From: Takakia lepidozioides
Taxonomy: Eukaryota; Plantae; Bryophyta
Length of the DNA stretch: 64,000 bases
Direction: 5' to 3'
NCBI GenBank assembly: GCA_030704615.1
Contig: CM060732.1
Location: 58,342,001-58,406,000, forward strand
Part shown: positions 1 through 11,780 of the stretch, one piece after another
How positions within the stretch are numbered: the first letter of the stretch is position 1
Layout: the number at the start of each line of letters is the position of its first letter
Notes under the pieces: model-generated
Database searches by the model: none
What the model was told of the DNA's origin: nothing
Seen by the model: only the letters and a program-made list of their open reading frames with translations
Translations under genes and position numbers: made by a program

Positions 1-631
1 TGGAGACTTGTAGGGTTGACATGTGTCCAGGGCCTTCTAGAAGGGTCCCACCGCCATGAGAGGGTATATAAGGGAGGCCACCCCCCCCTCTTACTACCTA
101 CTAACTTATTATCTATTAAATTAGTAAATAGTGGGCTCTGCAAAGGCAGGCCCCAAAAAAAAAACAGCAAACATGAATCAATTAATTAATAGAAATCACA
201 ATATGTCAATATGAATGAAAGCCCCTTGGAACAAGAAGTGGCCAATAAGCGTAAAGCCATGAGAAGCTTTTAAATAAAAAAAGAATTGTCTAGATTAGCT
301 AGCTTCGATATTATGGGAAAGAATGACGAGACCTCCAAAAAATGTATATAAGGATGTGTGTCAAGTCTATACCAATGTTGACTCGTATTTGTGGGTCTTC
401 CCAGCTATCAATAGTAAGGATCAGCAGGTTCTTCGAGAACCTACCCGACTGGTAGGTGGTAGGTCAAATACCCATGGCATATCATGGATTACGGTTTGGA
501 GCTCTCATTTCATAACCGAGGTATGGAGGCATTTTCCGTACATGGCAACATTTAATTTGTCCTGGACAGACATGTCACCCGCCGTAGTCCACCACTGTAG
601 CCCAATACATCCAGAAACCTCGGTTATGTCC

Positions 632-706
632 GGTAGACAAGGAGGCGAGACTGGCTACGAGGTACACCTGTACCCCGTAGCCAGTCTCGCCTCCCCGACT
701 ACCTAG
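632..706 (+). repeat. GC-rich hairpin followed by CTAG (possible Helitron 3' end or hairpin RNA)
   Basis: GGAGGCGAGACTGGCTACG(A)GGTAC-acct-GTACC(C)CGTAGCCAGTCTCGCCTCC at 641-694; CTAG|T at 703-707. Confidence 0.55.
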
Positions 707-1922
707 TCAATATCAGGCCATTACCATTATTGTGTAGCTATGAGAGCTTAATATTCATACTACATGCACGAATCGCTGGAGATTTGGTTGTCATCCCCAG
801 TATGATATCGCAAACATTAAAGGCACATAATGGGGTGATAGCTCCTTAGGATATCTCTTTTGTCGCGGGAGTTTTATTTGGCAGCTGCGATTTTGGTGCT
901 TAGGGCCCTGCTTCGCTCTTCCGTTTGCCCCATGGCATTTCAGTATTAGAATGGCCAATTTAGGCTATTCAATTGGCCATTTCAATACTGGAATAAGCCA
1001 TTTGAATAGCTCAAAAAACAAGTAATATTGATATCCATATGGATATTCAACTGATTTTTTTATAAAAAAAAAACCATACTATTGATACCATATATTGTGC
1101 ATATCTAAGGGAAATACATATACCAATATATTATTTGTAAATTGGTCATTCTGCAATACTTATACCAGAGTTAAAAAACAAAGCACTCCTCCAAAACCTA
1201 CCATGTCTAGTATATTAAAGTATTGATACCCGCACAACACACGTCTATACACATAATACATAAGACAACAACGGATAAAGAACCTGCAACAGCGAGTTAT
1301 CTCTGATTTAATATTTACAAGGATGCAATATTATTAGTATTATTATTAGTATTGTTTGGGAGGTTATCACGTTCCTGTCCTTCCGTCTCTCACGGATCTT
1401 TGTTTTCTCTTGTCTCTGCAATTTATAGATTTTCTATTTCAAGAAAGCTAGCATGAACTCTTAGCAATTGCACATAGTATTAGAACGCATCCAGTCCTCC
1501 CAGCCACCACATCATGCGCATTTCACTCATGTTTCCACTTATGTTCTTTACTTTTGGGCACTTATTTTTTATGCCCCCTTCTGTCACAACTCACAGCCCA
1601 TATCTACAAGTGTTACAGAGAGAAGGAGAACCCTAATGTCATTCATTATATCACATTCTTATTTTTCTTCATGTCACCTTCATATATGACCATCATCCTG
1701 ATCACTTAAAATCAACCACATCCTGCTACTTCACGCGATAGCTCTGTCTTCAGCTCCTCTTTCTCACTATACACCTGTGTATGTAGGCTGACCGTTTCAA
1801 CTGCTCCCCAAACCTATCAGAGGTTCAAGTCTCCATAATCGTTATAGAGGTTTAATTGCATAGACGTCTCAATCTCTTAGTCATTTTACTTTTAAAATGT
1901 TCAATTATTACAACTTAGAACT

Positions 1923-3870
1923 ATGGAGAGACCAAGATATCCGTTCAACTTACAAATCCTATCACCTAATGCATTCACGCATGTTGCACTTGAATGGGAA
2001 GTTGGATATTCTTTTTGACGTCAGGTGGATGTAGGTGGAAGTGGTGGCACATCATCAACAAATTCAAGTGACATACATCCCATAGGATATGGTATCAGAT
2101 TTTGTTGTTGGTGAGGAAAACCATCGAAAAGATGTGACTACAATTACGACTATACCTCCGTTATATCCGACATTTCGTACCTCTTCATGGTCTTGCAGGT
2201 ATGCTTTTAGACAATGTCCATATAGTAAAGTTCATAATAATAGCATTTGAAGGTCTAAGAACATTAAGAACATACATATGCATGATTATTGTATTCTGTG
2301 TGCAATATACTGGATGCATTGTGCATATGGACCGCAAGATAAACAAACGGAAAATTGTGAAGCTCAAGATATGGCTCAGAGACCTCGACAAGGTCGAGGT
2401 AGCCGACGACAAAAGTAGAATGAGGAGAGAACATTTAAAATAGGATGTCGTTGTTCATTTGTTTTCATCTTATTTACATCCAGATATAGCTCGAATCGAA
2501 TATTTTGAAAAACATCATGTTGATATCACAGGTAGATCTTGTCATGGTCATTTAGATGCAGCTTCTGTTCGTCCCCGACGTGAACTTGCCCCTCATTTAT
2601 CACGTCGGCTCAAATATTGGGTTGAGTCCAAACTAATAAGACATGCACAAATGATTATGGTACATGAGGACATGTACTTGTATCTTGTGAGATGAAGAGA
2701 TCCACATCGGCAAGCATCAAAAGATGATATGTTTACGAGAAAAGATGTTGACGACGTTGCATTACATTTCCACAAAATTAAGTATAGGTTTCATCAAGAA
2801 GAAGCGATTAATGCTCCGATGAAAGCAAACCTATGTCTTAATAAGGTTTTTTTTTATCATGAAAAAGTTGGGGAACGACCATTCCTTTTGGGTCTACAAA
2901 CTACGTGGCAAAAAAAGATGATGATAAAACATGGTCACAACAAAATGGTATCATGTGATGCTACATTTGGTAGCAAAAAATTCAAGGTAATCCAGTATAT
3001 ATCTATAGATTTGTAACATTTATCTAAAAGTCACATATACATTACAGATTTATTGAAATTTATATTACTATGTTATGTAATGGTCATACTATTTATATAA
3101 ATTATGTCAACCATGGCCAGAGCTAAGCACACCGGCTTGAAAAACAGATGGCTATTTATCTCGGATGAATAATTTCACAATTTGAACCTTCACGTTACAA
3201 TTAGTCTTCTTCAATAATGTAGATAGTGTTTCTGCTACCAATTGGAATTGTTTCACATGATAGTGTCTAATTTAATTTTATGTGTCGGTATTGTATGTGT
3301 GCACTACCCATAGAATATCGCAATATGCATTAAAATTTTGTTGATCTTTATATTATTCTATGTGATGATATTATTTTTATTATTATGTCAACCAAGTGTA
3401 ATTAAATTTTATGTGTTATTGTTTGTGTGCAGTAACTATTATTCACATTGTTGGTATCTAACGAATTTCAAAATGGGATCATGTTGTATGTGTTATAACA
3501 GAAATCTAGACAACAACACATTTGGTTGTTTGGATGACAAGGTTGAGAGAAGATATGTGTGAAGTATCCCCATACAGTTGGAATCCCAACAGCTTTATGG
3601 TCGATGATTGTAATGCATAAATCAGTGCTATCAAGTTAATATAAAATAAAAATTTCAACAGGTTTGCGAATTACTGTTATATCTCATTGTAAACATGTTT
3701 TATATAATTACACTTTAGTATGCATAGTTTCATGCTTTAAACATTTTTTTATTTTTTTTGTCCATGTTCTATATGTATGACTGTTTGGGGTATCAAATGT
3801 AAATCTTATTGTGTCATTGACATGTCAAACGAGCATGACTAAAAAATGTCATAAAAAAAGTCTATGGAGT
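1923..3870 (+). pseudogene. Intron-containing MULE (Mutator-like) transposase pseudogene, similar to the plant AT1G60560/AT4G13970-type SWIM family
   Basis: Ordered motifs DFVVGEEN, HCAYGPQD, GCRCSF, HHVDITGRSCHG, LAPHLS, FLLGLQTTWQKKMMIKHG, CDATFGSKKFK|GT (intron), LFTLLVSNEFQNG, SFMVDD; many stops and frameshifts. Confidence 0.8.
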
Positions 3871-3944
3871 ACATAGTCAATCATCAACTAGCAGCTGACG
3901 TACCATCAATACATGGTTTCCCCCTCCACAAATCTATTATAAAC

Positions 3945-6360
3945 AACCACCTGCGTAGGGAGGTATGGTATTCATAATATATGTATATGTAACGTATCTT
4001 CTTATGCGTAGTTTTAGTATTCGCCGCCACTGCAGCTTGGCGGCAGTTGCAAAGCCCTCATCTACCATTTTATGTTAGAATATGACTCTTGCCCCTCGCA
4101 GGATGCTCAGAGCGACAGTGCTTCAAAAAGCTGTGTAGGCATGTATGGTATTTCTAATATATATATATATAACGTATTTTCCTGTGCATAGATATGTATA
4201 ATATTTATAATATATATATGTGTAACGTATATTCTCTATGAAAAAATACGTATGGGTCAACATGTTTTAGCCACACACTTTTGAGGGATAGCGTTTAGCC
4301 CTAATGTCCAAGTAAGATGTTAGGGTGTGTGCGTCCTCTAGAGGGCTTGTGCACACGGCGTAGGAGGGCGGTGACCTGTGCGTCATTATGGCATAGAGGG
4401 CGTGTAGCCGGCAGATGGGAGACGGTGCAGCAAAGCGGGCACAAAAGCTTGCCGACAGTGCAGTCAGCGGCCTGTCGGCACCGCCTCATCATGAATGCTC
4501 TTTAGTATTTGCCGCCACTACAGCTTGGCGGCAGTTGCAAGGCCCTCCTCCGCCATCCCATGTGGGAATGAGACCCTTGCTCTTTGCAGGATGCTCAGAG
4601 CGACAGTGCATAAAAAACCTGCTTAGGCAGGTATGGTATTCCTAATATATGTATGTGTAATGTACCGGTGTAGGTTTGGCAAGGTTCAGAATAATCCGCT
4701 CATGTTCACAGCTCACTGCTCATGCATTTTCAATCCCCCACGAAGGTTTACCGGCAATGCAGCCAGGCGTCTGTCGGCACCGTCTCATTATGAATGCTCT
4801 TTAGTATTCGCCGCCAGTGCAGCTTGGCGGCAGTCGCAAGGCCCTCCTCCGCCATCCCATGTGGGAATGGGACCCATACCCCTTGTAGGATGCTCAGAGC
4901 GATAGTGCATAAAAAATCTGCATAGACAGGTATGGTATTCCTAATATATGTATGTGTAACGTATCTTCTTGTGCGTAAGTAGGTATGGTATTCCTAACAT
5001 ATATATGTGTAATGTATATTCTCTCTGAAAAAATACGTATGGCTCAACATGTTTTAGCCACACACTTTTGAGAGAGAGCGTTTAGCTCTAATGCCCAAGC
5101 AAGGGGCTAGGGTATGTGCGCCCCGCAGAGGGCTTGTGCACGGGGCGTAGGTGGGCGGTGACTTGTATGCTACCGTGGCATAGAGGGCGCATAGCGGGTA
5201 GGTGCGAGGCGGGGCAGCAAAGCAGGCACAAAGGCTCGCGCGGCAGTGCAGTCAACGGTTTGTCAGCACCGCCTCATTATGAATGTTATTTAGTATTCAC
5301 CGCCACTGCAGCTTGGCGGCAGTTGCAAGGTCCTCCTCCGCCATCTCATGTGAGAATGAGATCATTGCCCCTTGTAGGATGCTCAGAACGACAGTGCATC
5401 AAAAACCTGCGTAGGTAGGTACGGTATTCCTAATATATGTATGTGTAACGTATCTGCTTGTGCATATGTAGGTATGGTATTCTTAATATATGTATGTGTA
5501 ACATATCTTCTCTATGGAAAAATACGTATGGCTCAACCTGTTTTAACCACACATTTTTTAGAGATAGCGTTTAGCCCTAATGTCCAGGCAAGTGTGGGCC
5601 CCGCAAGGGGCTTGTGCACGTGGCCTAGGAGGGCGGTGACTTAAGTGTCACCGGGTTGGCATAGAGGGCGTGCAGCGGATAGGTGGGAGGCTGGGCAGCA
5701 GAGCGGGCACGAAGGCTTGCCGACAGTGCAGCCAGCGGTCTGTCGGCACCACCTCATCATGAATGTTCTTTAGTATTTGCCGCCACTACAACTTGGCGGC
5801 AGTTGCAAGGCTGCCCTTCCCCATCCCACGTGGGAATGAGACCCTTGTCTCTTGCAGGATACTCAGAGCGACAATGCATCAAAAATTTACTTAGGCATGT
5901 ATGGTATTCGTAATATATGTATGTGTAGCGTATCTTCTTGTGCATAGGCAGGTACAGTATTCCTAATATATGTATGTGTAACGTATCTTCTCTCTGAAAA
6001 AATACGTGTGACTCAACTTGTTTTAGCCACACATTTTTGAGATAAAACGTTTAATTCTAGTGCCCAGGCAAGTGTGGGCCCCGCAAGGGGCTTATGCACG
6101 TGGCCTAGGATGGTGGCGACTTGTGCGCCACCGTGGCATAGAGGGCGCGCAACGGACATGTAGGAGGTGGGGCAGCAGAGCGGGAAGGCTTGCCGACAAT
6201 GCAGCCAGCTGCTTGTCGGCACCGCCTCATCTGAATGCTCTTTAGTATTCGTCGCCACTGCAGCTTGGTGCCACTTGTAAGCCTTCCCGCCATCCCATGT
6301 GGGAGTGGGATCCCTGCCCCTCGCAGGATGGTCAAAGCAACAGTGCATCAAAAACTGCGA
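3945..6360 (+). repeat. Modular tandem satellite (about 300-560 bp units) with 6 copies of a ~175-bp GC-rich hairpin module
   Basis: Recurrent CCGCCTCATCATGAATGCTCTTTAGTATTCGCCGCCACTGCAGCTTGGCGGCAGTTGCAAGG...GGATGCTCAGAGCGACAGTGCA plus a ~55-bp GGTATGGTATTCCTAATATATGTATGTGTAACGTATC module. Confidence 0.9.
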
Positions 6361-8290
6361 TATGACAGTAATTCACGTCAGACTTATTTGATTCTGTTTG
6401 GGATGACTATCAATAAAAACATTATCAACATAACAGTGTGATCGCTAGAGCTAACGGTGCTAATTATTTATTATTATTATTATTTTGTTTTTTTGTTTTT
6501 TTATAGAACAGATATTGCCCTGATTAATTTTATTCATGAATTATTTGGGGAAAAAAATTAAAACCCCGATTAAGCCATAAGGTGCACACACCATAATCAG
6601 TAAAATAAGAGCCATGCATCCAACAAGTTGGATTATGATGTGGGATAGATCCCAAGAGAAAAGACCATTTAAATGTAGCACGCCTATTCCAATTGCCGGT
6701 CCTTAAACGAACGGACCCTTTGACCGTATATTGGTTGCATCACAAATCAGAGGACTCAGATTTTGCCCAATGACCTTCCCAAAGCAGAATGATTCAAGAG
6801 TAATTAAGTCTAGAGGCCTTGGAAGATGTCTTGAGGTGTTTCCAGTTGACATTGCGTTCAAACTTTGGCGAACGAGTGGAGGAGGACTCGCAAGTCTGTC
6901 CAGACACATTTGTCTTGTGAAGGGGAGTGGCAGATAATGCCCAAGCCTTACGGGCTTCAGTTTGAAGATCATAAAAAATGGTGGAAAGAAGCGTAAAAAT
7001 AGTGGCGGTCGTTCCAGAGAAGGTATTCTTACACCGTAACTTCCACAGGTGTCATAGCGTGGATCCTCTGAGGGTTTCAAATACAAGGCAGTTCACAGCT
7101 CTGGTTTTTGTATTCTTGTCATAGTTTAGAAGCAGATGAGTTTCAGATAGGGCAAATAGGTTCCAGTGTAGATATAGAGATTTCACCAATGGCCATATCT
7201 TGGATGGTGTTTGGTGAAGCAAACAGTGTTCCAGGGTTTTGTGCATGGCGGAAGAGCAGCACGCACAGAGGACTAATGCTTGGAATTGGAGCCATTTCCC
7301 CACTTTAAGAACTCTATTCGCAACTTATCATAGAAAGGTAGAGATTTTTGCAGAACAAGTTTTGATCCATATTGAGCCCTAGATAACTTACCATTTTTCA
7401 TCACGAAATCCAATTTTTTTTATTGTTGTAAAGATCACGAAAGCTTGCACTTTTGATTCTGTTGTTGATAAAAAATAAAAATAAATAAGAATTGTGGTAA
7501 ATCAGGTGGTCCCCATATTAATAAATAATAATAATATGTTATTGGGACTATCAGCTCTAGTGGTATGGACATTAATAATAAAATAATAATAAAAATAGAA
7601 CCGTCAGCTTTGGTGGTCCTGACATTAATAATAAAATTGGGACCACCGGCTCTAATGGTTCTGATATTATTAATTATTAATAATTAAGATCATAAGTTCT
7701 GATGATCCAGATATTAATATAAAATAGTAATAAAACTGGGACTACCAAATTTGGCGATCCCGATATTAATAAAACATAATAAAAATATTGGACCGTTGCT
7801 ATATATATATATAACTGATTGGCAATGGCAACGATTGGGTGCCTGTTGGACGACCATCCAACGACGGCATACTGTGGCTATGCGGATTTATTTTTATTTT
7901 TATTTTTATTTATTTTTTAAATCTCTCCTTTGGTTGGGCGGCGACGACGACGGTTGCCCCACCGTTGCTGACGGCCGGACCACCATGAATCACAATCTAA
8001 TTACTAAAATTCAATTTAATTAAAGTTTTTTTTGTACTTGTAATTTCTGAAGGACATAGATACTTAACCCCTAAAGGCCGGCGCGACCTGAATCAGGTCG
8101 CAGCCGTTTTTATCCACGCTAGAAGTAATTCCACACGCTTCACTTTACTGTGCCCCCAAGAACCCAAAATTATGTTCCGTACGATTTTTTAAAGATCAGG
8201 GGTATCCCTCGATAGATGGATCTAAGGCTGTCATTGCGGTTGACTTGCTGACGTGGCTTGTGAACAGCCTTCAGATGGAAGTGACTAGAA
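6360..8290 (+). repeat. Block duplicated at ~16750-18860
   Basis: Colinear high similarity from CAGTAATTCACGTCAGACTTATTTG to CAGATGGAAGTGACTAGAAAAG. Confidence 0.9.
6960..7415 (-). pseudogene. L1-type LINE C-terminal zf-RVT fragment
   Basis: Minus strand GSIWIKT..KI..FL...NRVLKVGKWLQ..LCACC....TLEHCLLH..SKIW, the zf-RVT pattern. Confidence 0.7.
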
Positions 8291-8930
8291 AAGTCACAAA
8301 AAAACCCATCTGCATAGCAGTTTTTGGTTTTTTGGAAAAACAAATTGTGCATTCTTCTTGTCATGTGGGCCCTGCATGATACCACCAGAGGAAACTTGAT
8401 TTTGTAAAAAACTGCAAGAGCTATGTGAATCTTCATTTTCCAATGTAATTTTTCTTCCATTGAACCCCCCTGATTACACATACAAAGGTGTCATGTTTGT
8501 TTTGGGGAATTTGGCCTTCAAATTTCTTGATGACATGTATAACCCTGCAAAGATTGTGACTGAGATGGTCCGGCCCCCAGAAAAAATATCTGTCAGGGCA
8601 AATTTGCTTGGTCAAACAGAATTTTCCCCTAAAAACTTCATTGGAGTTGAGAAAACACCACTGGTAATTTATTATAATCTCCCAAACGGAATGGTCAATT
8701 GTTCCCAAATTTGCACAGTATCTGTATCAAGTAGGTAACTGCCACTTAGTAAGGTACATTTTCGTGGATGAACTCTTTCTGGCAGATATAGCCTGGGAGG
8801 TGTCAGTGGGTCCCATTTCTTAGGTGGACTCCCAAAAACACTCTCGGCACTTAGGGGTTAAGTGATACATTTCTCAAAAGCGCCCCCCCACCCGAAAATA
8901 ACACGGTAAAAACCGTGTATGTCGTTTATG
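7490..8930. repeat. Putative long TIR-like terminus with GGGACC/GGTCCC motif array, interrupted by the TTAA element
   Basis: Reverse complement of 7650-8067 plus 8858-8930 matches 32217-32660; the end motif AACGACATACAC also occurs at ~13479. Confidence 0.55.
8068..8857. mobile_element. Non-autonomous piggyBac-like element (790 bp) with TTAA target-site duplication
   Basis: TTAA at 8064-8067 and 8858-8861; TIRs CCCCTAAAGGCCG and CGGCACTTAGGGG (11/13 match); homologous empty site at ~32300-32340. Confidence 0.8.
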
Positions 8931-9171
8931 AGGTATCTCTAACTTGCTTTTGTGCACAGGTGTGGTAATGTCGTACAGAACTCATTGCTGAGAACTCAAT
9001 ATTCTATTAAACTCCGGTGTTACGTGATAGAATAATCTGAAGAGTAGGCAATTGTCTGGCTATATAAGGGCGGCCCCTTGCTGATTGGTATGAGGTGCAT
9101 ATGTTATCGGGAGCTTGGGGAGGTTGTCCAATACAAAGTCAACATGGTGATAAAAGTTGTCCAAGTTCTAG

Positions 9172-9350
9172 TGCACTGTCGTTCTGAGCGTCCTGCAAGA
9201 GGCATGGCTCATTCCCACATGGGATGGCGGAGAAGGGCCTTGTAATTGTCGTCAAGCTGCAGTGGCGGCGAATACTAAAGAGCATTCATGATGAGGCGGT
9301 GCTGACAGGCGCCTGGCTGCACTGCCGGCAAGCCTTTGTGGGGGATTGAA
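9172..9350 (-). repeat. Single inverted copy of the satellite hairpin module
   Basis: GTGCACTGTCGTTCTGAGC...GCAGTGGCGGCGAATACTAAAGAGCATTCATGATGAGGCGG. Confidence 0.85.
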
Positions 9351-9369
9351 AATGCATGAGCGGTGAGCG

Positions 9370-9849
9370 GTGAGCGGTGAGCATGAACGGATTATTCCGA
9401 ACCTTGCCCGAATCTACACCGAACCACGTACCCGACATCCCCACTCACCGACTTCGTCATACATATACGATACAATTTTGATTTTTGCAAAAGTAAACGG
9501 AAATAAGGGTTACAACGCCTATAGCCGTGACTACAGTTTGGATGTTATAATCGGCAGTGACTACAACACAGCATGCCCTCGCGGGGTAAAACGGCTATAC
9601 CCCAACCGGATTTCGGGTGTTGTAGTCGTCTCCGCCTACAACACAACATACGTAATTAGAAGAGAAATGCGAGAATTCGTTCAATTATACTGTGGTAAAA
9701 AAGAACTCGGTTCCTATTATAGTTGGCACCGACCAAATGACCCGCGATGGGTGAACAACCTCAAAAAGCATATGAGCAATGTACATGAGAGAAGTAATGC
9801 GTTGATGACACAGAGTATAGTCGGTACCGACTTCATGCTCGTAAGTTAA
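9370..9849 (+). other. Repeated ORF-like segment of unknown function; paralogue at 15310-15745 on the minus strand
   Basis: HERIIPNLARIYTEPRTRHP..ILIFAKVN.NKGYNAY conserved in both copies; TATATAAG upstream at 9061. Confidence 0.4.
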
Positions 9850-10069
9850 ATGTGGTATCTGAGTGGGGTCTGTGTTTCAAAGTTTTGGAGTAGCTCAGAA
9901 AGCATGCAAAGGACGTGTGTGGGTTGCCTTCACCACTACATCATCATTCAAGAGCATGGAAGCTGTTAAAGCAGCGTAAAAGAGAAAATGTAATCCGCAA
10001 TATTGAAAATCCATGATACCAGACAGTTGAAGGTGACACAGAAAGTACTCACTGAAAATTGGGGCCTCA

Positions 10070-10905
10070 CTAAGTACTACATGTGATGACACCATTTTCG
10101 GCAACGATACGTTGGTTGTCACTATGGTAACCAAGACAAGGGTCGCAAACTAACATTGTTTTCACCTCATTTATGGAGATATTAGGGTGGTTGATGTCCT
10201 CCGAGTCTTTCCTCATTTTCAACAAGATATAGTATATGTGCTTGCAATAGGTATATGCGGTTTTGGCCGTTTTCATTTTTCCAAAGTCAGGGCAAGTGCA
10301 CTCCGGACTTCTGGAGATGCATACATTGTACGCCTCCCCTGCTTTGGCCGATCCCGGTGTGCAAAGTATGTACACACGACCAATTCTAGGGCGTGGAACA
10401 TCTTTGAATGATGTATAATTGCCTTCAAAGATTATCCGAGCTCGATCTTTTTGCGGGCCTGTGCACTCAATGGCTTTTGTCGATAGATTTTGCCCCATCT
10501 TTTGGTTGCATATGTGTCCGGATTTAGGATATTGTTATTATCCGCAACAATGTCCCCTTCAATGCTTTTGTCGCCAGCATGAACAAGTTGAAATCCAGCT
10601 AAGGTCAAGGCGTCAACCTCCTTTTGATTTAAATTTGTCCCAACCATTATAGGCCAGATGTTGGGAACATCTGGTCTGTCGAGCACAAATCGCTTCGCTT
10701 CACCACCGATGCAATACACGATATCTGTTGTGCAATGTCACATTTCCATCATCTTTGGTTTTGCAAATGCCGGAGGATGGTGACGACTAACATATCTTGA
10801 AGCAGGAACACCCAAACTGTAGAGTGACTAGATTTTTTTTTTGCATGACTGTTCACTGTCATGCCATACTGCCCAGCACTTTACCCGTGAACTGTCGGAC
10901 GTCCG
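10070..10905 (-). pseudogene. SWIM zinc-finger protein pseudogene (TE-associated family)
   Basis: YNVCISRSPECTCPDF...CKHIYYIL (CxC..CxH); upstream WPIMVGTNL..EV.AL..AGFQL; frameshifted. Confidence 0.75.
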
Positions 10906-10908
10906 ATA

Positions 10909-11780
10909 ATTTACATCTTTCTATTTTCTCCCTTCGAAGACTCATTGGGCCGCCTAAGGAGTCATAAGAACAATTATAAATAGCAATTTACATCTTCCAT
11001 TTTTCCCCTCTTATGACTTTTTACGGCCGCCCTACGGAGCCATAAGGACAAATAATAATGTACATCTTTCCATTTTTTCCCTCTTATGATTCTTTAGGGC
11101 CGCCCTATTGAGTCATAAGAGCGACTATATATAGCAAATTGCATCTTTCAATTTTCCTCCTCTTATGATTTATTAGGCCGCCCTAGCGATTATAAATAGC
11201 AATTTACTCTTTCCATTTTTCTTCTTTTATGACTCCTTAAGGTTGTCCCAAAAAGTCCTAAGGGTGATTATAAATATCAATTTATATCTTTCCATTTTTC
11301 TTCTCTTATGACTTTTTAGGACTCCTTAAGGCCTCCCTAAGGAATCCTAAAAAGGAATAATTATCTATATCTTTATATTTTCCTCCTCTTAGGACTCCTT
11401 AAGTCCACCCTAATGAGTCATACATGCGACTATATATAGCAAATTATATCTTTCAATTTTGTCTATCTCTTAGGACTCCTTAGGCCGTTAATGGTGATTA
11501 TAAATAGCAATTTACAACTTTCTATTTTTCGTCTCTTAGGATTCCTTGGGCCGCTTAATGAGTCATGAGTGCGATTATAAATCGCAATTTATATCTTTTC
11601 ATTTTCTCTCTCTTATGACTCCTCAGGGCGGTCATAAGGACGATTATAAATAACAATTTATATCTTTTTTTTTCCATCTCTTAGGACTCGTTACCGTAAT
11701 GAATCATACGGACGATAATAAATAATAATTTATATCATTCCATTTTCCCTCTCTTATGACTTCTTAGGGCAGCCCTAATG
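10909..11780. repeat. Tandem array of ~12 units (65-82 bp), each with a palindromic core
   Basis: Consensus AATTTACATCTTTCCATTTT..CTCTTATGACTCCTTAGGGC.GCCCTAAGGAGTCATAAG..CGATTATAAATAGC. Confidence 0.85.

Noticed and set aside
4301-6351. Many short ORFs in the satellite
   Set aside because: Produced by GC-rich repeats; frames break between copies.
8068-8857. Kolobok assignment for the TTAA element
   Set aside because: Termini are CCCC..GGGG (piggyBac-type), not purine-first as in Kolobok.
9530-9650. Endonuclease (GDFN-like VIIGSDYN) or viral repeat in ORF 9370-9849
   Set aside because: Motif order is wrong and the peptide arises from the DNA hairpin motif.
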